A stretch of DNA of 64,000 bases from Candidatus Methanosuratincola verstraetei (GTDB lineage Archaea > Thermoproteota > Methanomethylicia > Methanomethylicales > Methanomethylicaceae), in NCBI GenBank assembly GCA_049570475.1, contig CP186953.1:640001-704000 (forward strand), in the 5' to 3' direction. The notes under the pieces are model-generated. The model searched no databases, was not told the origin of the DNA, and worked only from the letters and a program-made list of their open reading frames with translations. Shown one piece after another: positions 37,371 to 47,318 of the stretch; position 1 is the stretch's first letter; each line of letters starts with the position of its first letter. Both the position numbers and the translations under genes were made by a program.

Positions 37371-38276
37371 TCAATCCCGGGATCGAGCTTCCTTCGATGG
37401 CTCGATCTCGAGCACGATATCAGATATATCCCCGAACTCACTAATGATTCTTTTCTTTATGGTCTCAACGATTTGGTGGGCCTCCTCGACGGTAATCGAG
37501 CCGTCGATCCGTATTTTTGCCTGCCCCGCGATCGAACGCCCGACCTTCCTCAGGCGGAGGTCCCTGACCCCGAGGACGCCCTCAACGCCGAGGGCGAGAG
37601 AGGATATCCGGTCCATCAACCCCGGGCAGAGGCAGCCGTCCATCAGGACGATCGAGGACTCCTTTATCGAGACGTACCCAACCGCGATTATCATCACAGA
37701 GATGGCGATTCCGGCTACAGCGTCGAAGTAGAGCAGCCCCAAAGAAGAAAGAGCGACCCCCGCGACAACTACGAATGAAGCCAGGCCGTCCTTGATGGAG
37801 TTGTAAGCGTCTACCTTGAGGGCAAGCGATCCAGACTTCTTGGCGAGCCTGAGCTTTGCCATTGCCAGCGCGAGGGAGGAGGAGCCTGCCAGGACTGCGA
37901 TTGCGATTGCCAGGGCGGCATTTCTGATCGGGGCAGGGTCGAGGGCTGCGAGGTACGACTCGTAAAGCACCACCCCGCCAAGTACGATCATGAATGTCGC
38001 GGCGAGCAGCCCGAAGAGGTTCTCAGCCCTCGCGTAGCCGTGGCTGAATGCACTGTCCGGGCGCCTCCTAGAGATGATGATCCCGGCGAGAACGAGCACC
38101 GATACGACGCTGTCCGCAAAGGAATGGACCCCATCGGCGACGAGCGCGATGCTCCCGAAGTAGAGCCCCGCGATCACCTCGCCAGCGCCTATCCCAAGCA
38201 GGAGGAAGACGGACATCCTGAGCAGGACCTGCTCCCTCTGCAGGTGCTCGTACCGACTTCCATGCAAGTTTTGCAT
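37371..38276 (-). CDS. Cation diffusion facilitator (FieF-like)
   Basis: GSIALVADGVHSFAD, HGYARAE, LRLRKVG and TVEEAH. Confidence 0.92.
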   Translation of the reverse strand: MQNLHGSRYEHLQREQVLLRMSVFLLLGIGAGEVIAGLYFGSIALVADGVHSFADSVVSVLVLAGIIISRRRPDSAFSHGYARAENLFGLLAATFMIVLGGVVLYESYLAALDPAPIRNAALAIAIAVLAGSSSLALAMAKLRLAKKSGSLALKVDAYNSIKDGLASFVVVAGVALSSLGLLYFDAVAGIAISVMIIAVGYVSIKESSIVLMDGCLCPGLMDRISSLALGVEGVLGVRDLRLRKVGRSIAGQAKIRIDGSITVEEAHQIVETIKKRIISEFGDISDIVLEIEPSKEARSRD

Positions 38277-38416
38277 TTTTACCCCTTCAACATCCTTGTT
38301 TTTCTTTCAGCCCTGGCTACGCTTGGATCCTTTTTCAAGGCTTATTCGGGAGGCCTCAATTAATATTTTGCACCGATTCGGAAAAAGATATTTCTCCGCA
38401 ATCCCGAATACTTCCT

Positions 38417-40927
38417 ATGGAACTTCTGGAGCACCCCCACGCAGCCCGAATCGAGGATATAGAGAGCGGACTTGGGACGTCTCGGGCAGGACTCTCCAAG
38501 GAGGAGGCTGCAAGGAGGCTCTCGATCTACGGCAAGAACCTTCTCGAGGAGGAGAAGCCGTCCAGGCTAAAGGTCTTCGCAAGGCAGTTCAAGAGCATAC
38601 TGATCTACGTCCTGATAGTCGCGGCGGTGATAGCCCTTGCGCTGGACAAGACTGAGGACTTCTTCGTCATAGTATCGATCGTGATGCTGAACGGGGTGCT
38701 CGGTTTCTGGCAGGAGATGAAGGCTGAGGCATCGATCCGCGCGCTGAAGAAGATGGCTGAGAGCAGGGCGACGGTCGTCAGGGGGGGCGAGGAGACCGTA
38801 GTGCCATCCTCCGAGCTAGTCCCAGGCGACGTGGTGGTCGTCAGGGAGGGGGACGTCGTCAGCGCCGACATAAGGATATTCGAGAGCGAGGGGCTCATGG
38901 TGGACGAGGCCACGATAACCGGAGAGTCGGTTCCCGCCTCCAAGGACGAGACGGCTGTCTTGGGCCCGTCCACCCCGCCCTATGACATGGCCAACATGCT
39001 CTTCTCCGGGACCACGGTGGTGAGGGGGTCAGGCGCCGGATACGTCTGCAGGACAGGGAGGGCGACGTACCTCGCATCGATTGCAGAGAGGGCAAAGGAG
39101 AGCTCGCCGGACAGCCCGCTCACCTGCGCGGTGAGGGAGTTCTTCAAGAGGTACGTCTTCCTGCTCATCGCGATATTCGCTGCTGTCGGGATAGTCGGGT
39201 ATACGCAGGGGCGCGAGCTCGGGAACCTTGCATACCTGCTCGTTGCCCAGATGGTCTCTGCGGTTCCGGAGGGGCTGCCCCTGGTGATAACGATCGTGAT
39301 GGTCGTCGGGGCGGTGAACCTCAGCAGGAGGAAGACGCTCACGAGGTACCTGCCCGCCGTCGAGACGCTCGGCAGCGCCACGTTCATCGCATCGGACAAG
39401 ACCGGCACGATCACAGAGGGGAAGCTCGAGGTCAAGGAGGCGGTTGTCCTTGACGAGGGGCTAGCCAGGCTCGGGGCTGCGCTATGCAACGACTCCGACG
39501 GCGAGAAGGGGGATCCGATAGACCTCGCGCTGAGCAGGTGGGTCGGCGACCAGTACTGCGCGCTCCGCGAGGAGCACAAGAGGATCTGGGCTTTCCCCTT
39601 CGACACCAAGAGGAGGATGATGGCGACTGCAAACGAGGTCCGCGGATCGAGGATCCTCTTCGTGAAGGGGGCGTTCGAGGAGATCAGAAAGATATCGGTC
39701 AACGTTGAGGATGCCGAGAGGCTCTACAAGGAGGAGGAGGGGATGGCATCCAGAGGGCTCAGGATAATCGCGATAGCCGCCGGGGAGTGGGCCTCGAATT
39801 CACCAGAGGAGTGGAGGGTCAGGGTTGTCGCCCTCGTCGGGTTCCTCGACCCCCCTAAGGACGGGGTGAGGGAGGCGGTGGCGACAGCGAAGAAGGCTGG
39901 GATTAGGGTGATTATGATCACGGGGGATCACCCGCTCACGGCTAAGGCGATCGCCGGGGCAGTTGGCATATGGCGCGAGGGGGACAGGGTCCTCACAGGG
40001 GTGGAGGTGGACGCGATGGATGGGGGCGCGCTTTATGATGCCCTCAAGAGCGCCACCGTGGTGGCGAGGGCGCTACCCGAGACCAAGTACAGGATAGTCA
40101 AGACGCTCCAGGAAAGGAACGAGATAGTCGCCGTGACTGGGGACGGGGTCAACGACGTGCCCGCGCTCAAGGTCGCTGACCTGGGGATCGCGATGGGATC
40201 CGGGAGCGAGGCTGCCAAGAGCGTCGCTAAGATGGTCATACTCGACAGCAACCTGAGGGTGATAGTCGACGCGATAAAGATCGGCAGGGTGATAGCGGAC
40301 AACATCAGGAAGGTGATCTACTACCTCCTCTCGACCAACATGATGCAGATAGTGCTTCTCGCGCTCGCTGTCTTCGCAGGATACCCCATTCCGCTGCTCC
40401 CGATACAGATCCTGTGGATCAACATAGTGACCGACGGCGTCCAGGACAAGTTCTTCCCGTTCGCCAAGGAGGAGGGGGATGTGATGGGCCGCAGGCCGAG
40501 GAAGCCCAAGGATCAGTTCTTCGACAGGTTCCAGGTATTCAGGATCGGGTTCTTCGGGATCATCCCTGGGGTTGCAGCCCTCTTGCTCTTCAGGCACTTG
40601 TTTTACCAGTACGGCTACGAGTCCGCGGTCGCAATAACATTCACAACCGTGGCTGCCGCCCAGTGGTTCAACGGCATACAGGCACAGAAGGAGAGAGAGC
40701 CGTTCCTCAGGAACATAAGGAGGAGCTTCTGGATCAACCCCTATGCATACGCAGGGGTTGGGCTCGGGCTGATCCTCCAGCTCTTCGCGATCTATGTGGT
40801 CCCGGGGGTGTTCGGAGCGGCCCCGCTCAGCCTCGAGCACTGGGCGTACGTCGCTGGATTCTCCGCCTTCTCCTTCTTGGTGGTCGAGGCGCGGAAACTA
40901 ATCGAGCCTAGGCTCCTGAGGGAGTGA
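38417..40927 (+). CDS. Type II cation-transporting P-type ATPase
   Basis: TGES, VPEGLP, DKTGT, KGA, DPP, MITGD and TGDGVND. Confidence 0.95.
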   Translation: MELLEHPHAARIEDIESGLGTSRAGLSKEEAARRLSIYGKNLLEEEKPSRLKVFARQFKSILIYVLIVAAVIALALDKTEDFFVIVSIVMLNGVLGFWQEMKAEASIRALKKMAESRATVVRGGEETVVPSSELVPGDVVVVREGDVVSADIRIFESEGLMVDEATITGESVPASKDETAVLGPSTPPYDMANMLFSGTTVVRGSGAGYVCRTGRATYLASIAERAKESSPDSPLTCAVREFFKRYVFLLIAIFAAVGIVGYTQGRELGNLAYLLVAQMVSAVPEGLPLVITIVMVVGAVNLSRRKTLTRYLPAVETLGSATFIASDKTGTITEGKLEVKEAVVLDEGLARLGAALCNDSDGEKGDPIDLALSRWVGDQYCALREEHKRIWAFPFDTKRRMMATANEVRGSRILFVKGAFEEIRKISVNVEDAERLYKEEEGMASRGLRIIAIAAGEWASNSPEEWRVRVVALVGFLDPPKDGVREAVATAKKAGIRVIMITGDHPLTAKAIAGAVGIWREGDRVLTGVEVDAMDGGALYDALKSATVVARALPETKYRIVKTLQERNEIVAVTGDGVNDVPALKVADLGIAMGSGSEAAKSVAKMVILDSNLRVIVDAIKIGRVIADNIRKVIYYLLSTNMMQIVLLALAVFAGYPIPLLPIQILWINIVTDGVQDKFFPFAKEEGDVMGRRPRKPKDQFFDRFQVFRIGFFGIIPGVAALLLFRHLFYQYGYESAVAITFTTVAAAQWFNGIQAQKEREPFLRNIRRSFWINPYAYAGVGLGLILQLFAIYVVPGVFGAAPLSLEHWAYVAGFSAFSFLVVEARKLIEPRLLRE

Positions 40928-40967
40928 AAGGAAGGATTTTTATTTTTCTCGCTGATAGCGTATAGGC

Positions 40968-41918
40968 ATGAGGTTTCTTGTCACGGGAGGCGCGGGCTTC
41001 ATAGGCTCGAACATAGTCTGGAGGCTAATCGGAAGAGGGGACGAGGTGGAAGTCATCGACGACACGAGCCTAGGGAAGCCGAACAACCTGCCTGAGAGCG
41101 GAAGGCTGAGTTTCATCAAGGGGGACGTGAGGGACAAGGCCCTACTGGAGGGGGCGTTCAGCAGGGTGGAAGGGGTCTTCTTCGACGCTGCCAGGAGCTC
41201 CTCGCCGATGTTCTACCCAGACCCAAGGGAAGGCGTGGAGGTCAACGTGATGGGGTTCATGAACGCCCTCGAGTCTGCAAGGAAGCATGACGTCCCAATC
41301 GTTTACGCCTCGACATCTTCTCTGTACAGCAGGTGCGACCCCCCGCACAGGGAGGAGATGCAGGTTGTCCCAGGGTCATTCTACGAGTACTCTTTCCTGG
41401 CAAGGGAGATGGCTGCCAGGCTCTACCGCGAGCTATACGGCGTCAGGGCAGTCGGGCTGAGGTACTTCAGCGTCTACGGCCCGAGGGAGGAGTTCAAGGG
41501 GAAGTACGCAAACAACATATCCCAGTTCGCCTGGGAGATGATGAAGGGAAGGCGGCCAGTCATCTACGGCGACGGGACGCAGACGAGGGACTTTGTCTTC
41601 GTCGAGGACGTTGTGGAGGCGAACCTCCTGGCGATGGGGAACGCTGACCGGGCTGGCGGGGAGGTCTTCAATGTCGGGACCGGCGTGGAGACCACTTTCA
41701 ACCAGGTAGTCGAGATCCTCGCCGAGGAGCTTGGGGTTGACATTAAGGCGGTCTACGTGGCGAACCCCATAAAGAACTACGTCAGGCGCACGCTCGCTGA
41801 CACTACCAAGGCGGCCGAGAGGCTGGGCTTCAGGGCCAAGGTCCCGCTTCGCGACGGCATAAGGAGGACGATAGAGTATTACAGGGCAAGGCTGCAAGGC
41901 GGTGCTTCGACCACTTGA
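40968..41918 (+). CDS. NAD-dependent epimerase/dehydratase (extended SDR)
   Basis: VTGGAGFIGS, LRYFSVYGP and IYGDGTQTRDFVFVEDVV. Confidence 0.9.
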   Translation: MRFLVTGGAGFIGSNIVWRLIGRGDEVEVIDDTSLGKPNNLPESGRLSFIKGDVRDKALLEGAFSRVEGVFFDAARSSSPMFYPDPREGVEVNVMGFMNALESARKHDVPIVYASTSSLYSRCDPPHREEMQVVPGSFYEYSFLAREMAARLYRELYGVRAVGLRYFSVYGPREEFKGKYANNISQFAWEMMKGRRPVIYGDGTQTRDFVFVEDVVEANLLAMGNADRAGGEVFNVGTGVETTFNQVVEILAEELGVDIKAVYVANPIKNYVRRTLADTTKAAERLGFRAKVPLRDGIRRTIEYYRARLQGGASTT

Positions 41919-41979
41919 GGCGCCGCCACCTTCCGGTTCAAGGGCGTTAAGAGCCGATTTGCGAACAGCCTCCTAACGG

Positions 41980-43692
41980 CTACTGCGGAGGAGGTGGAAC
42001 CGGGTTTCCCCCGGCCTTCCCTGAGTCAGGAGCCCAAGATCCCCTCTGCCCAAAAAGCCCGCCAACTGCAGAACCGATGCCCCTCCTGACTTCTTCAAGG
42101 GTCGATCTGAATTTTGGCGATATGAGGTAGAGCAGCGCGATGTAACCAGAGAAATAGAGGACAATGTGCACGGCCAGCAATGGCACCAGCACCCAGAGCG
42201 TGTCCAGTCTGCTGATGGGGAACGCGAACGGCAGCAAAGCGAGTGGGAATGCTGGGAGGATTATTCTTGAAGCCTGATCGGCCAAGGTGCGGAAAGGGAA
42301 GAGCTGCCCGAAGTCCCTCTTCAGGAGCTTCGCTGACAAAAAGAGGGAGATCGTGAAGGATGCAAGCATCGATGCCCCCCATGCCACCGAGACCGCCACA
42401 GGGTCATCCAGAAGGTAAGACGCCAGGAAGACCATCAGGATGTAAGCCGCATTGACGGATAGGTTGACGAGATCGTTCTTGAACACCGCGGATTTGATCA
42501 GCTCCTTCTGGGAGATCGAGGGGGAGTCCTTCCCCTCCAGCCCCAGATACGAGATAACGGCGATCCCGGAGACCGTCTGCATCACGGAGGCTGCCAAGAA
42601 AGCGCGCAGCGGCCAAGCCGCAGGGAGGTATTTGGTCCCAAGGATGGCGCATATGGGCTCGGCGTAGAGGACAATGAACGAGGCAATCGGGACCGTGATC
42701 AAGAGCGTGAGCCAGATCGCCTCGCCCAAATCCTCCAGGTTCTTCTTTGCCAGTACCTTCGGGTAGAGCGAGGACGGGATTGATGACGCATAGGTGACAG
42801 CCATCAGGATCATCATCGAGACCCCGTAGAAAGCCACCGGAATCTCGGATCCGAAGACTAGGCTGACGACGAGTACATCAAGCCAGAAAATCAGGCAGGT
42901 GAGCGAACCGAGGAGCGACCTCCAGGAGGATTTTGCCCAGAGGATCGCCGTCCCGGCGCTGAGCTTGGATTTCCTCAGGAGGGGGAGGTTGAGCCTGAGC
43001 AGGACAAGGTCCATTATCAGCCTCCCGAACAGGAACGAGAGGACTGCGCCCGTCAGGCCGAGGCTAAGGCCCGAGACCATCGCTATCCCGGTGATCGCCT
43101 GGCCCGCCTTGAAAGCGAACTGCCCGAAGCCGACGAACTGAGGCTTGTGCCCCTGCGAGGCGTAGGAGAGCGCGGCGTAGACATACTCAAGAACGATTAT
43201 CGCCGAGGACAGGAGGATCGGGAAGAGGGGCTGCCCGAGCTCGCCCGAGATCCCCAAAGCGAAAACCAAGTAGAGCGGGGTGACTAAAAGCCCGACCCCC
43301 ATCGAGTAGAGCAGCCCAGTCTTCGAGGTGTTCCTCCCCCTGCTTATGTCCCTGGGGAGCCAGTATGTGAAGATCACAGACGGGATCGAGAAGTACCCCA
43401 CATACCTCAAGATCATCACGAAGACACCGTACTCCTCGATCGTGAGCGCCCGGGTCAGGATTGCGAAGAAGAAGGCGCTGAAGACAGACCCCAGGAAGTT
43501 GAAGGCGTAAGTCATGAAGGAAGAGTAGAGGAGATTCACATCAAGCCCGAGCCGATCTGACACGATCTCGCCGCCAGACAAGTGGGATCCCCCATCATAC
43601 TTTGCTTTGCAGATATAATTATCATGATCACCCGGCGGGATGGGGGTGATGCCGGAGGGGATCAGATCCATGTGCGGCTCTGCCGATGCCAA
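41980..43692 (-). CDS. Oligosaccharide flippase-like (MOP/Wzx) membrane protein
   Basis: About 14 TM segments, with TRALTIEEYG in the first loop. Lies next to wecB. The true start may be near 43560. Confidence 0.75.
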   Translation of the reverse strand: MASAEPHMDLIPSGITPIPPGDHDNYICKAKYDGGSHLSGGEIVSDRLGLDVNLLYSSFMTYAFNFLGSVFSAFFFAILTRALTIEEYGVFVMILRYVGYFSIPSVIFTYWLPRDISRGRNTSKTGLLYSMGVGLLVTPLYLVFALGISGELGQPLFPILLSSAIIVLEYVYAALSYASQGHKPQFVGFGQFAFKAGQAITGIAMVSGLSLGLTGAVLSFLFGRLIMDLVLLRLNLPLLRKSKLSAGTAILWAKSSWRSLLGSLTCLIFWLDVLVVSLVFGSEIPVAFYGVSMMILMAVTYASSIPSSLYPKVLAKKNLEDLGEAIWLTLLITVPIASFIVLYAEPICAILGTKYLPAAWPLRAFLAASVMQTVSGIAVISYLGLEGKDSPSISQKELIKSAVFKNDLVNLSVNAAYILMVFLASYLLDDPVAVSVAWGASMLASFTISLFLSAKLLKRDFGQLFPFRTLADQASRIILPAFPLALLPFAFPISRLDTLWVLVPLLAVHIVLYFSGYIALLYLISPKFRSTLEEVRRGIGSAVGGLFGQRGSWAPDSGKAGGNPVPPPPQ

Positions 43693-44766
43693 TCAAGCCC
43701 CGGCATTTTCCAGAAGACCGACAATCCTCTCGGCCGACCTCCCGTCCCCGTAGGGGTTCTCCCAGCCTCCTCTCCGGGGTAGCATCTCCCTTGCGCACTT
43801 GAGGATCCTCGACGGTTCTGCGCCGGCGAGGATGTTGGCGCCAACCTCCAGGGTCTCCGGGCGTTCGGTGTTGTCCCTCAGGGTGACGCACGGCACTCCG
43901 AGGATGCACGCCTCCTCCTGCACGCCGCCTGAGTCGGTCAGGATCAGATCTGCACCCCTCTCCAAGATCAGGAAGCTCAGGTAGTCCACAGGGTCGATTG
44001 CCCTAATCCTCTCCCCGAGGGATATCCCGAAGTCTTTAAGCCTCTTCCTTGCCCGCGGGTGGGCAGGGTAGACCACCTCCAGGCCGAGTTCTTCGGAGAC
44101 GAGGTTGAGGCCTTCTATGATCTTCCTCAGCCGCGCGGGGTTGTCGGCATTCTCCTGCCGGTGGATGGTGACCAGCAAGTAACGGTCCAAGCCGGCAATC
44201 GACTTGGCGCCCCTCCCCTCAACAAGAGAGAGGCTCTGCTGCACTGCATCCACAATTGTGTTCCCGGTCACCGCTATCTTCTGAGCACTGATCCCTTCCC
44301 TGAGGAGGTTCTGCGCTGAAACTTGGGTCGGGGCAAACAGATAATCTGACACATGGTCAGCCACTATCCGGTTAACCTCTTCAGGCATTGACATGTCCCC
44401 GCTCCTCAGCCCAGCCTCGACGTGCCCGACCTTAATGTGCATCTTGGCGGCAGCCAACGCGCCCGCGAGGACCGTGTTGGTGTCCCCTTCGACCAGCACG
44501 CAGCCTGGCTTCTCCTCAGCGAGGATTCTTTCGATCCCGACCAGCATCCTCCCAGTCTCCTCGCCGTGCGTCCCTGACCCGACTCCCAGGTTGTACTTCG
44601 GCGGATTGAGCCCGAGGACCTCGAAGAAGACCCCGTCCATGTTATGCGAGTAGTGCTGCCCGGTGTGGAGCACAAAGTGATCGATCCCGCGCCTCTCCAG
44701 CTCCCTTATTATCGGCGACATCTTGATTATTTCCGGCCTGGTTCCAAGGATCACTGCGACCTTCAT
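43693..44766 (-). CDS. wecB: Non-hydrolysing UDP-N-acetylglucosamine 2-epimerase (second paralog)
   Basis: LGTRPEIIK, HTGQHY, HVEAGLRS, TDSGGVQEEA, TERPE and NPYGDG. Confidence 0.93.
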   Translation of the reverse strand: MKVAVILGTRPEIIKMSPIIRELERRGIDHFVLHTGQHYSHNMDGVFFEVLGLNPPKYNLGVGSGTHGEETGRMLVGIERILAEEKPGCVLVEGDTNTVLAGALAAAKMHIKVGHVEAGLRSGDMSMPEEVNRIVADHVSDYLFAPTQVSAQNLLREGISAQKIAVTGNTIVDAVQQSLSLVEGRGAKSIAGLDRYLLVTIHRQENADNPARLRKIIEGLNLVSEELGLEVVYPAHPRARKRLKDFGISLGERIRAIDPVDYLSFLILERGADLILTDSGGVQEEACILGVPCVTLRDNTERPETLEVGANILAGAEPSRILKCAREMLPRRGGWENPYGDGRSAERIVGLLENAGA

Positions 44767-44847
44767 AGTCGGATCCCCCAGAGGTAGAGGGGGAAGGTGA
44801 AAGTTTTAACTCTATCGTGGCTTGGGAGCGATTGGGGAAAAAATAAT

Positions 44848-46164
44848 TTACCGATTCCTGCCGATTGGGAACTTCACAATATCAGGGCTCCTGTTCATCT
44901 CCTTCAGTATGATCTCGGTGAGGTCGCTCATGGACCTGACCAGCTTCGACGGAGGGTACGGGTAGAGGACCGTAACGTTGATCCAGCTGGCCTCCGGCGT
45001 GAAGATGACCCTTGGCCCCGCCTCGATGACGTTCCTGAACATCGGGGCGCAGTTGGCCGACTCGCACGCCTTGAGCATGCTTTCGACCTCTGGTCGGATG
45101 TACTCGCTGACGCACCTCACCACCATCTCCTTCACCGCGCCGAGGTCGCTCTCGTAGGCTAGGTTGAAGGTCACTGCGCCGACCCTGACAGGGGAGAGGC
45201 GGCTGCCGTAGACCGCCACTATCTCGGAGAGGACGGTTGAGTTCGGGATTGTGAGCAGCCTCCCGGTCACCGACCAGAAGGAGGACTCGTCGCCTATCTC
45301 GATCAGGGTGGTCATCAGGTACCCGATGTCTGTGACGATCCCCCTGACATCGCCTATCTTGACGCTGTCTCCGATCATGTAGGTCTTCCTGACGTTGATA
45401 TAGACCCAGGCGAAGAAGTTGGATATCACCGGGGCAAGCGAGTACGAGAGAATGAGACCTATGACGCCGAAGGAAGTCACGAAGATGAGCAGCTCTTGGA
45501 ATATGAAGGAGATTATTGCGGCAAACGCCAGCAGGATGAAGACTGCCTTGACAAGCCTCCCGACTGAGACCCTGGAGTGGAAGTCATCGATCTTTGAGAC
45601 TAGGAGGATGTAGACTAGCTCCGAGAGTATGAGGGCGACCAGCAGGATTAGAACGGAGAGGATCGACTCGATTATGTACTGGCTGTAGGGAAGGGACTCG
45701 AGGTCAGGTAGGAAGATCAGGTAGAAGACGGAGACGAGGCTTGCGGCTGAGGCGTACGTCAAAAGGCCCCGCTTGGACGGCTTCTCCACCTTCAACAGCA
45801 TTTTGCTCCTCCTCATCCTGAGCACGACCGCAATGAACCTGACCAGCCTTATGAACCGCAGGGAGCGCAGACCGGCACCTATGATTGTGATGGTCTCGAA
45901 GAAGGCGAAGGCATAGGCTGGCACTATACCCAGGAGGTCGATCCAGTGCCACTTCAGGTACCGCAGCTTGTCCTTTTCGGACCTGAGGTCGAAAGCGAAG
46001 TCGATAGCGAAGACAATGCATATCAGGAGATCTGCGACGTAGACGAGCTGCCGCCATCTAGGCTCAAGCTGGACGGTGAAGTCGACCAGGAGGAGGAGGA
46101 TCGAGATCACTGCGAGAATCGCCATTGCCAACTCGTAGAGAGCCCCAGACTTCAAGCCGACCAC
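44848..46164 (-). CDS. Voltage-sensor domain (S1-S4) fused to an MscS-family mechanosensitive channel
   Basis: aa ~10-120 are KvAP-like S1-S4 with LRSLRFIRLVRF. The C-terminal part has MscS motifs GVIGLILSYSLAPVISNFF, IGDSVKIG...GIVTDIG and LTIPNS. No TVGYG selectivity filter. Confidence 0.88.
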   Translation of the reverse strand: MVGLKSGALYELAMAILAVISILLLLVDFTVQLEPRWRQLVYVADLLICIVFAIDFAFDLRSEKDKLRYLKWHWIDLLGIVPAYAFAFFETITIIGAGLRSLRFIRLVRFIAVVLRMRRSKMLLKVEKPSKRGLLTYASAASLVSVFYLIFLPDLESLPYSQYIIESILSVLILLVALILSELVYILLVSKIDDFHSRVSVGRLVKAVFILLAFAAIISFIFQELLIFVTSFGVIGLILSYSLAPVISNFFAWVYINVRKTYMIGDSVKIGDVRGIVTDIGYLMTTLIEIGDESSFWSVTGRLLTIPNSTVLSEIVAVYGSRLSPVRVGAVTFNLAYESDLGAVKEMVVRCVSEYIRPEVESMLKACESANCAPMFRNVIEAGPRVIFTPEASWINVTVLYPYPPSKLVRSMSDLTEIILKEMNRSPDIVKFPIGRNR

Positions 46165-46379
46165 TTCACTTCACAAAACCCTATGCACAGGAATGCTGCT
46201 TTTTAAGCTTACCACGATCGACGGGAGGATGAACGCATGGGCTTGAGGCTTCGCCAGCTGAAGAGGCGCCCTTGTGCTCCTCTTCGAGGCAACCAACACC
46301 AGATGAAAGGCCCGCCGGGGTTAGAGTCCAATAGAGTTAAGAGGTCTTGAAGAGAATACCGTTTTCGATGGTCTGGCAT

Positions 46380-47318
46380 ATGGAAGCAATTGTCGCTCAG
46401 AACCTGACCAAGAAGTTCGACTCTTTCACTGCAGTTGACGGGCTGAGCCTCGAGGTCCACGAGGGGGAGGTCTTCGGCCTCCTTGGGCCTAACGGCGCAG
46501 GCAAGACCACGACGATCAGGATGCTCGCCTGCATAATATCCCCGACCTCGGGAACAGCCCAGATCCACGGGAGGGATATCACCAAGGACCCCGCCGCGGT
46601 GAGGGCGATGGTTGGGGTGCAGACAGAGAGCCCAAGCCTCTACGAGCGCCTGACCGCTTTGGAGAACCTCGAGTTCTTCGCCAGGGCTTACGGGATGGGG
46701 GATCCAGCGAGGATCCAGCCCAGGATAAGGGAGCTGCTCGAGTTCTTCGACCTTTGGGAGAGGAGGGGGGACAGGGTCGCCGTCTTCTCCAAGGGCATGA
46801 AGCAGAAGCTTGCCATTGCGCGGGCGATCATTCACGATCCGCCCGTCCTATTCCTGGACGAGCCGACATCAGGGCTGGACCCGGAGGCATCGAAGCTAAT
46901 CCGGGATCTCATACTCAAGCTGAGCAGGACGGAGAGGAGGACGATCCTGATATCCACGCACCGGCTCGAGGACGCGGAGAGGATCTGCAGCAGGGTAGGG
47001 ATCATACTGCGTGGGGAGCTCAAGGTGACGGGCACGCCCGAGGAGCTCAGGAGAAGGGTCGCAGGGGAGGCCAAGGTAGTGATAAGGGTATTGGGAGCTG
47101 CCCCTGAATTGGCGGGTTCGATCAACGGCATTCCAGGCGTCTCGCGGGTCGAGGCGGGCAGTGGGGAGCTGGTCGTCAGCACCGGCGATCCCGCGCTGAC
47201 AACCCCGGATGTCGTCAGGAGGATCGTTGAGATGGGCGGCCAGATCCTCTCCGTGAGGCCTTTCCTGCCCTCCCTCGAGGAGGCCTACTTGAGCATAGTG
47301 GAGGGGATGCGCGGGTGA
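46380..47318 (+). CDS. ABC transporter ATP-binding subunit (CcmA/DrrA-like)
   Basis: GPNGAGKTT, FSKGMKQK, LFLDEPTSGLD and STH. Confidence 0.95.
   Translation: MEAIVAQNLTKKFDSFTAVDGLSLEVHEGEVFGLLGPNGAGKTTTIRMLACIISPTSGTAQIHGRDITKDPAAVRAMVGVQTESPSLYERLTALENLEFFARAYGMGDPARIQPRIRELLEFFDLWERRGDRVAVFSKGMKQKLAIARAIIHDPPVLFLDEPTSGLDPEASKLIRDLILKLSRTERRTILISTHRLEDAERICSRVGIILRGELKVTGTPEELRRRVAGEAKVVIRVLGAAPELAGSINGIPGVSRVEAGSGELVVSTGDPALTTPDVVRRIVEMGGQILSVRPFLPSLEEAYLSIVEGMRG

Noticed and set aside
44848-46164. Annotation as a voltage-gated potassium channel
   Set aside because: No pore helix or TVGYG filter is present; the region after S4 is MscS-like.
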